A stretch of 64,000 bases of DNA from Microgenomates group bacterium (GCA_049303675.1 JBAQNJ010000001.1:278994-342993); one strand, 5' to 3'. Positions 39,247-48,436 are shown, counted from the stretch's first letter. The notes: generated by a model not told the origin, from the letters alone. Translations and numbers: made by a program.

Positions 39247-39678
39247 AGGAGGAGATGCTCGGTATTGAGCCGAGGTCCAAAGTGGACTATAAAAAACGTC
39301 TACAAGCTTAATTTACTTTATCCTACACTTTCAACAACTAAAGTAAACGAAAAGTGTTGAAATGTCGATTATTGAGGGCATTACCCCTCTCTTAAATCCA
39401 CGATCTAATCGAGAAGATCGGGACAGCATTCTAGTTTAATTTACACTAGCTAGTCTTCTCTAGAAAAGGGGACTAACTAATGGATGATTCTGTTTAGGCA
39501 AGAGCCCAAACAGGAGCCTTAGAAGCTAGAGCGCCTTTTACAGCGTTTGCAACTTTGGTTAAATCAACACCAAAAGTATTTTTGGCATGTTTGTTTTTGA
39601 CCCTGTTTAACGACTCAATGGATCAAAGTCGGCTTGCGGTTTTTTAAGGTACTCACCTTGTCGATGCAATACATCTCC
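39247..39678 (-). ncRNA. ssrA: tmRNA (ssrA) candidate
   Basis: Minus strand: 5' GGAGATG-TATTGCATCGACAAGG (cf. GGAUUCGACGGG), internal tag ORF GCA AAC GCT ... TAA = ANAVKGALASKAPVWALA*, 3' GGAC-CTCGG-CTCAATA-CCGAG-CATCTCC (T-arm + acceptor strand complementary to 5' GGAGATG) then terminator; smpB 2.7 kb away. Confidence 0.55.
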
Positions 39679-39720
39679 AAGTTATAGAACTACATATTCT
39701 ACCAATAATCAGCCCAAAAA

Positions 39721-40065
39721 TCAACCTTTTTTGTAAAACCTACTTACAGGTTTTACATTTTTCGGAAGAATTTCTCTGGAGACCACATCCCCAGGTCTAA
39801 AATTATCACCTTCAACTACAACTGATATAACTGGTCTATAACAAGCGAAATCTTCTTTTTTCCATACCAACACTTTTCCGAGAGACAATGTTTGTCTCAC
39901 CGGCCTACCATTTTCAAAAGATGTCCCCGTTCCAATTACTTCTATAGTTTTTTCGAGTGCACGCTCCATAATTCCGTCATCCATTCCTGCCAATTTTCCT
40001 TCTCGTTCCCACTTGTCCCATTGAGCTCTATTTTTAGGATTTGCTTTTGATTCATTCATAATCAA
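39721..40065 (-). CDS. Hypothetical protein
   Basis: 114 aa ORF. Confidence 0.35.
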   Translation of the reverse strand: MIMNESKANPKNRAQWDKWEREGKLAGMDDGIMERALEKTIEVIGTGTSFENGRPVRQTLSLGKVLVWKKEDFACYRPVISVVVEGDNFRPGDVVSREILPKNVKPVSRFYKKG

Positions 40066-40145
40066 ATTATATCATATGTTATAGGTTCTTTCAAGTATTC
40101 GTTAGAATTATCCAAGTTGTATAGTCGACTAACTTACGATTAAAA

Positions 40146-40358
40146 TCAACCTTTCAACTCTTTAGCATACAATCTTCTAGCATATCGTTGCATTAGCTCA
40201 CCCATTTCCGGTGCCCGTCTATCGAGCATATTCTCCACTACCTTCTTTCGTTCAGCAGCACTAACTGGTGGAAGAACTCTTCCCCTTATCCCAGGCGCAA
40301 TTTCCTCCAAAACTATTTTTTGAGGTACTTCGTCTAAATTACCTTCCATTGTTTTCAT
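40146..40358 (-). CDS. Hypothetical small protein
   Basis: 70 aa ORF. Confidence 0.3.
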   Translation of the reverse strand: MKTMEGNLDEVPQKIVLEEIAPGIRGRVLPPVSAAERKKVVENMLDRRAPEMGELMQRYARRLYAKELKG

Positions 40359-40397
40359 AACCCGATTATATCACCAAGTTGTTATACTCTTTTCACA

Positions 40398-41018
40398 ATG
40401 CCCATTCCATTTTTAGTCAAATCAGTCAAAAATCTTAGTTACCTAGACGACAAATTTACTCTCAGTTGGCCCAAATTTGTCGAGTGGTACTCTAGCCGCA
40501 AAGCCATCAAAGCCTTTGCTAAAGTCAAGCCATTCATAGTTGGGGAGAATATTCTTGATGTTGGTTTTGGCGCCGGCACCATCGGTAAAATTATCGCCAC
40601 CTCAGGGTATAATCTCACCGGAATCGATGTGGCCGATCTAAGCATTTATTCCGATCTAAAGGCAGTTATCTATGATGGTGTCAAAATGCCTTTTAAGAAT
40701 AAACAGTTCGACACTGCCGTCATTATTCACGTCCTCCATCATTGTTCTGACCCTGTTGCTACTTTAATCGAAGCCAAAAGATGTGCCAAAAGAGTTGTCT
40801 TTATCGAGGATACCTACCGCAATTCGTTTGAAAAGGCCATTGTTTCCTTCAATGACAACCTTGGCAACTGGGAATTTTATCAACATCCATATCAGACCGA
40901 TTTATCTTGGCGCCAAACTATCCAGAAGCTGGGATACAAACTTATTTATCAACAAAGTTGGACAGAGATGTCACCTTCAATCCTTCCCTCCCGATATTGT
41001 CTTTGTGTTATTGAGTAA
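40398..41018 (+). CDS. Class I SAM-dependent methyltransferase
   Basis: ILDVGFGAGTIGKIIA...GIDVAD motif I/II. Confidence 0.7.
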   Translation: MPIPFLVKSVKNLSYLDDKFTLSWPKFVEWYSSRKAIKAFAKVKPFIVGENILDVGFGAGTIGKIIATSGYNLTGIDVADLSIYSDLKAVIYDGVKMPFKNKQFDTAVIIHVLHHCSDPVATLIEAKRCAKRVVFIEDTYRNSFEKAIVSFNDNLGNWEFYQHPYQTDLSWRQTIQKLGYKLIYQQSWTEMSPSILPSRYCLCVIE

Positions 41019-41039
41019 ATTGTGGCAATCTTTACCTAG

Positions 41040-41666
41040 ATGTCTCTTCTATTCGATCTTCTCTTTCCCCGTACCTGCGCCGGCTGTGGTCGAGTCGGCC
41101 ACTATCTTTGTCGGGATTGTCAGTCAAAACTTGTTTATCAAAGTGTTTATCAAAACAATCGTCTCTCTCTGTTTCGTTATCATGGTGCCATCAAGCAATT
41201 AATTACCGATCTCAAATTTAGCTTTGTCAGCGATATTGTCCCTGAAATAGGGGACATTCTGGTTTACGGGCTAGTCAACAAATATCCCCACCTTCTTCGC
41301 TATTGGCAGCAAAATAATTATATTTTAGTCCCTATTCCCCTTTATGAATCTCGCCACAATTGGCGCGGATACAATCAATCAGAATTGTTATGTCAAAAAT
41401 TATCAGCCGAATTAAACCTATCCTACGAACCAAATCTATTGGTCCGCACTCGCAACACCATCCCCCAGACTAGTATTCGCGACCGCCGCCTTCGTAAAAC
41501 CAACATCAATTCTTCATTTTCGTTTCGTTCCGATTTATTAAATTCTGTTAAATTATTAAATTTTATTATTGTAGACGACGTCTACACCACCGGTTCCACC
41601 ATTCATTCTGCTGCTTCCGCTTTTCCTAGAGGCTCAAATCTCTGGGCTCTCACAATAGCTGGATAG
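41040..41666 (+). CDS. comF: ComF-family phosphoribosyltransferase-domain protein
   Basis: N-terminal CAGCGRVGHYLCRDC zinc finger; C-terminal IIVDDVYTTGSTI PRTase motif; contains 36-nt AT repeat in-frame. Confidence 0.75.
   Translation: MSLLFDLLFPRTCAGCGRVGHYLCRDCQSKLVYQSVYQNNRLSLFRYHGAIKQLITDLKFSFVSDIVPEIGDILVYGLVNKYPHLLRYWQQNNYILVPIPLYESRHNWRGYNQSELLCQKLSAELNLSYEPNLLVRTRNTIPQTSIRDRRLRKTNINSSFSFRSDLLNSVKLLNFIIVDDVYTTGSTIHSAASAFPRGSNLWALTIAG
41522..41557. repeat. 36-nt AT-rich repeat copy a
   Basis: gatttattaaattctgttaaattattaaattttatt inside comF. Confidence 0.75.
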
Positions 41667-41696
41667 TTACGTCTTTTAGTGATACAATAGTTCAAT

Positions 41697-42125
41697 ATGT
41701 TTCGTATTATCACCGAGAAATCATTAATACAGGAGCAGAAGCGAGTCGGTCGATCCGGACGCACTCTCGGATTTTCTCCTATTCACGCTCATGAAATAAA
41801 CTTGGTTAGGGATATTGTCGCCGCATCTGAATCTTCTGCACTCGGCAAACATACAGTCGAAGAAGCCACAGTTGTATTTGGACTTCTCCCCCGCAGATGC
41901 GTTATTATCGAGGGTCCTGCACACGGGCTAAGTCCGTTTTGGAACGTTTTCAACGATGTTGCCGATACTTTGGCTCAGGCAAAGTCACTCAAAGCGGAGG
42001 GATATTCTTTTCAGGTCACCCAATCACTTCAAGACCTTGCCACTGGTAAGTTGCAGGAGCGAAAAGAGAAACGCCAGAGAATACTGGAACGTAAAATAAA
42101 GACACAGCTAGATCTTCGTGGTTAG
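41697..42125 (+). CDS. Hypothetical protein
   Basis: 142 aa ORF. Confidence 0.3.
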   Translation: MFRIITEKSLIQEQKRVGRSGRTLGFSPIHAHEINLVRDIVAASESSALGKHTVEEATVVFGLLPRRCVIIEGPAHGLSPFWNVFNDVADTLAQAKSLKAEGYSFQVTQSLQDLATGKLQERKEKRQRILERKIKTQLDLRG

Positions 42126-42155
42126 TTTATTCTGAATACAAACCATTACCCAAAA

Positions 42156-42824
42156 TCATCCCTGGCTAATCACTCTACTTTTTCTTATCTCTTCTTCTGT
42201 CTTCATTTCTCCCATTACTTCTTTTGGCATACTTACCGTCGCTTCATCAATCAACTTTCCATCAATTGGAGTTAGTGAGCTGAGGTAAAAATTCTCTACA
42301 TCCAGTCCGTGGTTCGACAGCGATTCTCTCAATTCTTTCTTAATTTCATCTTCTATTTGGCTTCGGCTAGTCGCTAGCGCCATATTGAGAGTATGGTTAG
42401 TCAGTACTTTTCGTATTCTACTGCGAGTTACCGGTCGGACCACTTTTGACACAAAATTTTCCCCTATATTTTGCCAAATCTCTGGCAATCTCTCGGTATC
42501 TAGTTTGATTAGAGCCGTGGCTTCTACCGCTACAAATTTATTGTCCGCCGTCACTGCATTAATTACTTCATCACCCATAATTTCTTTGTTGTCCTTGACG
42601 GTCACATCCTTTGATATCGTGTATTCAATTAGTTGGGCATTAAACAATTTGACGCGATGAATAATCGGGATTTTAAAATGCATCCCTGGGTACCATACAT
42701 TTTGTAGGACTCCCTGAAATATACTATAGATACAGCCCACATGCCCAGGGGGGACAGTGACGATAAATCCGCCGACTACTTCGTCAACGAATAGGGAGAC
42801 TAATAGATTATCAATTGATGCCAT
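42156..42824 (-). CDS. SPFH/band-7 domain protein
   Basis: VPPGHVGCIYSIFQGVLQNVWYPGMHFKIPIIHRV resembles SPFH core (pGlhf.iPfi). Confidence 0.55.
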   Translation of the reverse strand: MASIDNLLVSLFVDEVVGGFIVTVPPGHVGCIYSIFQGVLQNVWYPGMHFKIPIIHRVKLFNAQLIEYTISKDVTVKDNKEIMGDEVINAVTADNKFVAVEATALIKLDTERLPEIWQNIGENFVSKVVRPVTRSRIRKVLTNHTLNMALATSRSQIEDEIKKELRESLSNHGLDVENFYLSSLTPIDGKLIDEATVSMPKEVMGEMKTEEEIRKSRVISQG

Positions 42825-42831
42825 ATTCGGT

Positions 42832-43491
42832 CTAAATTATACCATTAAACCCACTTGCCAACTCTCGAAGTTCTTTCTCTGGATCTTTTGCCAATACGAA
42901 ATCACTCGCCGACACCACTCCAACTGCCCCCATCTTTAGGCAAACTTCTACATCAGCTTTGCTTTTGATTCCTGCTCCGGCAATTAGTTTTATTCCCTTG
43001 GCCATCTCCACCGCGTTTTTAATCATTTTTGGCTCTTCCGATGAGATTGACTTATCTTTACTGCCAATTAGACTTGGCGGTTCATACATTATCCAATCAG
43101 GCTTACCACTTGCTCCCCATTTTTCGATTTGGCCCAATGTCCCCATGCACAGGCATATTTCAAACCCATCTGGTTTCCCCTTGATTATTTTAAGCACTGT
43201 CCCTTTAGGTTTTTTGTGTTCCGAGTGGTTGACTAGTGACCCTTTTATCCCCAGCATTCTTGCCTGATCCATACTTGTCCAGCCAGTGGCCTTACCCCCA
43301 TTATATTCATCCACATTTTGTAGCCATACCTCTGCCCCTGTTTCTTGGATTATCCGTACTGCATCCAGTGCCGAGGCTACCACCACCATTCTGATTTTTG
43401 TCTCATCAGCCACTTTTTTGACAATTTTTGCCAACTTTACCGCCCCATCTCCAAAAGTTTCTTTATATATTTTAAAATTAATTAATATCAT
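42832..43491 (-). CDS. tpiA: Triosephosphate isomerase, archaeal-type short form
   Basis: MILINFKIYKETFGDGAVKLAKIV (archaeal TIM N-terminus x-I-N-F-K-x-Y), 219 aa, C-terminal GAGIK...G motifs. Confidence 0.7.
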   Translation of the reverse strand: MILINFKIYKETFGDGAVKLAKIVKKVADETKIRMVVVASALDAVRIIQETGAEVWLQNVDEYNGGKATGWTSMDQARMLGIKGSLVNHSEHKKPKGTVLKIIKGKPDGFEICLCMGTLGQIEKWGASGKPDWIMYEPPSLIGSKDKSISSEEPKMIKNAVEMAKGIKLIAGAGIKSKADVEVCLKMGAVGVVSASDFVLAKDPEKELRELASGFNGII

Positions 43492-43492
43492 T
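43457..43492. repeat. 36-bp perfect direct repeat (copy A = tpiA start region)
   Basis: gtttctttatatattttaaaattaattaatatcatt; identical at 43538..43573. Confidence 0.9.
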
Positions 43493-43537
43493 GTTTCCTT
43501 TTAACTTTATAAACTTTCAACTTTACAAACTCTTCTT

Positions 43538-43573
43538 GTTTCTTTATATATTTTAAAATTAATTAATATCATT
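43538..43573. repeat. 36-bp perfect direct repeat (copy B, upstream duplicate of tpiA first 12 codons)
   Basis: Creates upstream ORF MILINFKIYKETRRVCKVESL* on minus strand. Confidence 0.9.
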
Positions 43574-43574
43574 A

Positions 43575-43610
43575 AGTTTATTAAATTCTGTTAAATTATT
43601 AAATTTTATT
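43575..43610. repeat. 36-nt AT-rich repeat copy b
   Basis: agtttattaaattctgttaaattattaaattttatt at 3' end of SBP gene/upstream of tpiA. Confidence 0.75.
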
Positions 43611-45105
43611 TTATTCCATACTTCTGCCTCATTTGTTCGATCCCATTTCGGAGTGCTGGCATTACCTCTTCCATGGTCGCATTTTTGACCACAATTCCAT
43701 TAATTGCGTCCCCAAAATATTTACTCATTTCATCATTTAATCCCTCATCAAAAGTCCGCGAGGACAAATACCAGCCACTACTATTATTGGCCACCTTCGC
43801 AAAGGGTCGGGTCAGGGGATTGGACTCCATCTTTGTTGCCATACTTTTACGGGGATATATTTCCCCAAAGCTTCTAATTTGTGAGGCAGCAGTATACATT
43901 TTTTCTAGGCTTTCTTTGGTGGCTAGGAATGCCAAAAATTTCCAAGCTTCTTTTTGATATTTACTCTTGGCACTGACTCCTTCCGCCCAATAAGTCGACC
44001 AGTGAATATTGGTTAGGTTGGCCTCATTATTCACCTGATCCGGTGGCACATCTTTGAGTGTTGGTAGCTGGGGCACGGTGGTTATATCGTATCTTAGGCT
44101 GGGTATTTTCATTTCTTCTATATTAAATACCCGCCAGCTGGGGGCAAAATAAAAGGCCAACTTGCCATTGGCAAACAGTTCGGTCGAGCTCGGCAGTGCC
44201 TCATCCCAGACTTTATCTTTAGTTTTAAACAGAGTGTAATAAGTCAGTACATCTTGCATTTTTTTCTCACTTTCGGCATCCACGGCCAGCGGATCTACTC
44301 CGCCCTGTTTCATCATTAGTCCGACTATATCACTCCAATGATCCACATTATCCACTAGTCCCATGGCTGCTCCCGCCACTGTAATCTTGCCATTGGCATC
44401 TCGGACGGTCAGTTTATTGGCCGATTGTTCTAGGTCCCACCATGATTTGGGCAGGCTCACTCCCCCCGACTCCACCAAATCTTTGTTGTAAAACAGTGAC
44501 AATCCATCATACATTAGTGGTATCCCCAGCCAGCTCCCACTTATTTTTATGGTATTTTTATATCCCTCAAAAAAGTCGCTATCCAATCCCACTGTTGTCG
44601 ATATATCTGTTGGTACCTTGGCCAAGTCACCGGTAAACATCGGCAGCCAGCTACTGTGATATCTAAAAATATCTGGCGCATCAGTCTCTCCACCCTCAAT
44701 TCTAGTTTTTAGTCGAGTTCGGTAATTTACCTTTTGATTACGCACGTAATTAATTTTTATATTTGGGTTTTTCGATTCGTAGTCAGCAATTATTGCCTGT
44801 ATTGTCGCCGGTTCTTCCCATAGTCCCCAATAATTCAAAGTTATCACTGGTGTTTTTCCTCCTAGGTTAGGGATAATTACTTTGAATATCAAAAACAAAA
44901 TTAGTAGTATTAGTGCACCAATTCCCCCATAAATTAGGTATTTTTTAGTATCAATTGGCTTGGCCAGTGGCAGATTATTTGTTACCGTTATTTCCTCTTT
45001 CTGATCACTAATCACTGTTTTCTGTTCACTTATTTCGCTTTCATCCGCTAGGCTACTAAACCTCCGTGGTGGTAATGGTGATTTGATTTCTTCCTCAACA
45101 GGCAT
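43606..45105 (-). CDS. ABC transporter extracellular solute-binding protein (family 1, sugar-type) with N-terminal membrane anchor
   Basis: 499 aa; TM then domain with WGLWEEPATIQAIIADYE... typical SBP_bac_1 pattern. Confidence 0.65.
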   Translation of the reverse strand: MPVEEEIKSPLPPRRFSSLADESEISEQKTVISDQKEEITVTNNLPLAKPIDTKKYLIYGGIGALILLILFLIFKVIIPNLGGKTPVITLNYWGLWEEPATIQAIIADYESKNPNIKINYVRNQKVNYRTRLKTRIEGGETDAPDIFRYHSSWLPMFTGDLAKVPTDISTTVGLDSDFFEGYKNTIKISGSWLGIPLMYDGLSLFYNKDLVESGGVSLPKSWWDLEQSANKLTVRDANGKITVAGAAMGLVDNVDHWSDIVGLMMKQGGVDPLAVDAESEKKMQDVLTYYTLFKTKDKVWDEALPSSTELFANGKLAFYFAPSWRVFNIEEMKIPSLRYDITTVPQLPTLKDVPPDQVNNEANLTNIHWSTYWAEGVSAKSKYQKEAWKFLAFLATKESLEKMYTAASQIRSFGEIYPRKSMATKMESNPLTRPFAKVANNSSGWYLSSRTFDEGLNDEMSKYFGDAINGIVVKNATMEEVMPALRNGIEQMRQKYGIK

Positions 45106-45146
45106 ATCTAATCTTAACAGATTTTACTATGTGTTAATATAATCAT

Positions 45147-45719
45147 ATGCAAAAAATAATCATCATCCACTCTGTTGTTTTAGCCATTATTTTGGCCATT
45201 GCTGGTTTTGCTTATGCCAAGTATTGGAACGTTGCCATTGTCAATGGTCGCCCTATTACCCGTCTTTCCTATATCAAATTAATGGAAAAACAGGCCGGCA
45301 AACAAATTCTAAGTCAAATGGTCGATGATGCCATTATCATGGCCGAAGCCGATGCCAAGGGACTCAAAATTGATCAAGCCGCCATCGATGAAGAATTAGC
45401 CAAAATAGAAACCAATCTCAAATCCAAGGGTCAAACTCTTGATGCCGCCCTAGCTAGTGCTGGCATGACCCGCGACGATCTCACTGGTCAAATCAAATTG
45501 AAGAAAATTCAGGATGCCCTCTCTGCCTCCAAAATCGAAGTCACCCAAGCCAAAATCGATGAATTTCTCAAAGCCAACAAAGCTCTGTTGCCTACTGGCA
45601 AAACCCGCGACGAGCTCAACACTCTCGCCAAAAATCAGCTAATTCTCGAGGCTGATCAGGCCTCCGCTACCGCTTGGCTCGATACTCTTCGCGCCTCCGC
45701 CAAAGTCATCTACAAATAA
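45147..45719 (+). CDS. SurA N-terminal-like chaperone domain protein, membrane-anchored
   Basis: 190 aa; TM; VAIVNGRPITRLSYIKLMEKQAGKQILSQMVDDAII pattern. Confidence 0.45.
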   Translation: MQKIIIIHSVVLAIILAIAGFAYAKYWNVAIVNGRPITRLSYIKLMEKQAGKQILSQMVDDAIIMAEADAKGLKIDQAAIDEELAKIETNLKSKGQTLDAALASAGMTRDDLTGQIKLKKIQDALSASKIEVTQAKIDEFLKANKALLPTGKTRDELNTLAKNQLILEADQASATAWLDTLRASAKVIYK

Positions 45720-45765
45720 GTTCACTCGCTCTTGACTTTGTAATACAAACACACTACAATGTGTT

Positions 45766-46086
45766 ATGTCTACACTACAAACAGTCAATGCCCGCCAGTC
45801 TGACTTTATCCAAATCAGACTTGATTCTCAGACCAAAAAAATGGCCACCAATATACTCGACAAACTTGGTTTATCTCCATCTCAGGCCATCAAACTATTT
45901 TTAAACAAGGTTATTATGACTCGGTCAATTCCTTTCTCTCTTGAACTGTCACCCGACTATATTGAGCCATTATCACCCACCCAATCTGCCGAGGTTGGAC
46001 TTGCCCTTACCCAAATCCAAAATGGTAAATACGTCAAAATAGATATGTCCGATTCCAAAGCAGTTAAAAAACATTTGGGTGTCTAA
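45766..46086 (+). CDS. Type II antitoxin, RelB/DinJ family
   Basis: IQIRLDSQTKKMATNILDKLGLSPSQAIKLFLNKVIMTRSIPFSL. Confidence 0.6.
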   Translation: MSTLQTVNARQSDFIQIRLDSQTKKMATNILDKLGLSPSQAIKLFLNKVIMTRSIPFSLELSPDYIEPLSPTQSAEVGLALTQIQNGKYVKIDMSDSKAVKKHLGV

Positions 46087-46089
46087 AAA

Positions 46090-46386
46090 GTGGCTCACTG
46101 CAATTTGTTATTTTCAAAGATATTTCTCCAAAAACAGCAAAAGTTAGCCAAAACTGATCATCAGTTAGCCCAAAAAGTCTACCGAGTCTTACAGATACTT
46201 GAGACTGATCCCAAAAACTTGTCTCTTCATTCTCACAAGGTTTCTACCAAAAACTTTGGTACTGCTTGGAGCTCGTCAGTCACTGGGGACATCCGGATTA
46301 TCTGGAATTACGACTCCCAAAATAATCTGGTTATATTTATACCTACTCTCGGTTCACACTCGGGCAAAGATAAAGTCTACAAATAA
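46090..46386 (+). CDS. Type II toxin, YafQ/RelE family
   Basis: LHSHKVSTKNFGTAWSSSVTGDIRIIWNYD...IPTLGSHSG matches YafQ (H.L.G...W.c.i..D.RLIy...IGTHS). Confidence 0.6.
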   Translation: MAHCNLLFSKIFLQKQQKLAKTDHQLAQKVYRVLQILETDPKNLSLHSHKVSTKNFGTAWSSSVTGDIRIIWNYDSQNNLVIFIPTLGSHSGKDKVYK

Positions 46387-46417
46387 TAATTTATTTTACT
46401 TTAGACAGTATCAATAC

Positions 46418-46455
46418 TTTCCCCTCTTTGCTCAAAGAGGGGCTAGGGGTGATTT
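46418..46455. repeat. Hairpin repeat family copy 5 (short form)
   Basis: tttcccctctttgctcaaagaggggctaggggtgattt. Confidence 0.7.
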
Positions 46456-46589
46456 AAAATCTTGCATTCTATTTTTAGTTTCGCTATTATTCTTAGAGTG
46501 TTTAGAAGACCCTTAGGGGTTGACAACCGAGTCCGCCAAATGGTCCACGGTGCCCACTAAAACACGCCTTATCAATTAAAAGGAAAAAT

Positions 46590-47690
46590 ATGAATTATCC
46601 TCAATTTTCGTCCGAATCTGTCTGTGAAGGTCACCCCGACAAAGTCTGTGACCAAATTAGTGATGCTATCTTAGACGCTGCCTATACCCTCGACCCTATG
46701 GCTCGGGTCGCTATCGAGACTTTGGCTACGGTCAACAAATTAGTTTTAGCCGGAGAAGTTACTATTAATGGTACTCTCGATTATGCCGCTATTGCCCGCC
46801 AAAAGATCGCCGAGCTCGATTTTCTCGATTCAGTTTTAGATTTTACCGACAAATGCGACATCGAAATTGCTGTCCACACACAGTCACCCGATATTGCTCA
46901 GGGCGTCAATGCTGGTGGAGCCGGTGATCAGGGGATGATGTTTGGTTATGCTTGTCGCGAGACACCCGAACTAATGCCCCTTCCCATTTCCATGGCTCAC
47001 AAATTATGCCGTCAAATGGACGAATTACAGCGCATTCATCGTTGGATGCGCCCCGATGGCAAGTCTCAGGTTACCGTTCGTTATGATGGTCAGACTCCGG
47101 TAGCCATCGAGCGAGTTGTCTTGGCCAAGCCCATGAATTACGACCTCGCCCCTGCTGATTATTCTCACTTTTTCTATCAAAATGTCATTGTTCCAGTCTT
47201 AGCTGAATACAAGTTTGAAATCAGTGAAGACAAAATGATTCTCAATGGTACCGGTAAATGGACCATTGGTGGCCCCTCCGCCGATACTGGCGTTACTGGC
47301 CGCAAAATTGTCGTTGATACTTACGGTGGTATGGGTCGTATTGGTGGTGGTTGCTTTTCCGGCAAGGATACTACCAAGGTCGATCGCAGTGCCGCCTACG
47401 CCGCTCGCTATATTGCCAAAAATATTGTGGCTGCAGGTCTCGCCGATCGCTGCGAGGTTCAATTAGCCTATGCTATTGGTCAAGTCCTGCCTGTTGGTCA
47501 ATCTATTGAGACTTTTGGCACTGCCAAGTCAGAATTAAAGGTAATCGAAGATTTTGCATGGAAATTACTCGAATTATCGGTCGCTGGTATCAACAGTGGT
47601 CTCAATCTCCGCGTGCCAATGTATGCCAAAACCGCCCGCTATGGCCACTTTGGCCATCCCGAGTATCCATGGGAGAAGATAAAAGGCTAA
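46590..47690 (+). CDS. metK: S-adenosylmethionine synthetase
   Basis: FSSESVCEGHPDKVCDQISDAILDA; GGGCFSGKDTTKVDRSAAYAARYIAKN. Confidence 0.9.
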   Translation: MNYPQFSSESVCEGHPDKVCDQISDAILDAAYTLDPMARVAIETLATVNKLVLAGEVTINGTLDYAAIARQKIAELDFLDSVLDFTDKCDIEIAVHTQSPDIAQGVNAGGAGDQGMMFGYACRETPELMPLPISMAHKLCRQMDELQRIHRWMRPDGKSQVTVRYDGQTPVAIERVVLAKPMNYDLAPADYSHFFYQNVIVPVLAEYKFEISEDKMILNGTGKWTIGGPSADTGVTGRKIVVDTYGGMGRIGGGCFSGKDTTKVDRSAAYAARYIAKNIVAAGLADRCEVQLAYAIGQVLPVGQSIETFGTAKSELKVIEDFAWKLLELSVAGINSGLNLRVPMYAKTARYGHFGHPEYPWEKIKG

Positions 47691-47691
47691 A

Positions 47692-47726
47692 CAAAAACCC
47701 CTCCGAAAACTTTCGGAGGGGTTTTA
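47692..47726 (+). terminator. Intrinsic terminator after metK
   Basis: aaaaacccctccgaaaactttcggaggggtttt. Confidence 0.75.
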
Positions 47727-47752
47727 GGTTAAAAAATTGAAACTTAGATTAA

Positions 47753-47944
47753 CTATCTAACAATTAGTGTCGTAGGATCAGTCAGTGGAGGTCCAACTTT
47801 AGTCAATTGATCTACTCTTGGGTTGAGGGGCTGATTAGTGACATCACCTACCGTACCTTTATTTTTTAACAAAGCATCAGTATCAATTATGCTGTCAGTA
47901 TTGGCGGTAACTGATTTTGGTTTTAGCTCTGATTTTTTAATCAT
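47753..47944 (-). CDS. Hypothetical small protein
   Basis: 63 aa ORF. Confidence 0.25.
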   Translation of the reverse strand: MIKKSELKPKSVTANTDSIIDTDALLKNKGTVGDVTNQPLNPRVDQLTKVGPPLTDPTTLIVR

Positions 47945-48019
47945 ATTGAGCTTATAATATCACATAAATCGATATTATCAAGTAGTCAAGTTTAATATCA
48001 TTTTTGTTACAATCTCTCT

Positions 48020-48436
48020 ATGCAAGTTAGTATCTACACCGATGGTGGTAGTCGAGGCAATCCAGGCCCTTCCGGTTTTGGCGTCGTTATTTATGACGAA
48101 CACAAAAAAATCATCGAAAAAATCAGTCAGTTTGTGGGAGTGAAGACCAACAATGAAGCCGAATATCTCGCCCTCAATGAGGCAATTTCTTGGGTCAAGC
48201 ACAATTATCAAAAGTTGGACATCACTCAAATCGAATTTTATTCCGATTCTCAGCTCTTAGTCCGCCAAATGCAAGGCAAATACAAGGTCAAGGCTCCTAC
48301 TATTGTTCCACTTTATCGTCTTGCGGCCTCCACTCTCTTTGAATTAAAATTAAATTATTCTTTTCACGAAATTTTACGTGAATTAAATTCCGTCGCCGAC
48401 TCTCTTGCTAATCAAGCAATGGATAATAAAAAATAA
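48020..48436 (+). CDS. rnhA: Ribonuclease H I-like
   Basis: MQVSIYTDGGSRGNPGPSGFGVVIY...EAEYLALNEA...YSDSQLLV. Confidence 0.8.
   Translation: MQVSIYTDGGSRGNPGPSGFGVVIYDEHKKIIEKISQFVGVKTNNEAEYLALNEAISWVKHNYQKLDITQIEFYSDSQLLVRQMQGKYKVKAPTIVPLYRLAASTLFELKLNYSFHEILRELNSVADSLANQAMDNKK

Noticed and set aside
39130-39720. Alternative identities for the structured non-coding region: RNase P RNA, SRP RNA, or a plus-strand tmRNA starting at GGGGACTAACTAATGG
   Set aside because: I found no GGAAAGTCCGG (P4) or ACAGAACCCGGCTTA motif on either strand. The plus-strand frames give no plausible tag ending. The minus-strand tmRNA model has complementary termini, a T-arm and a terminator.
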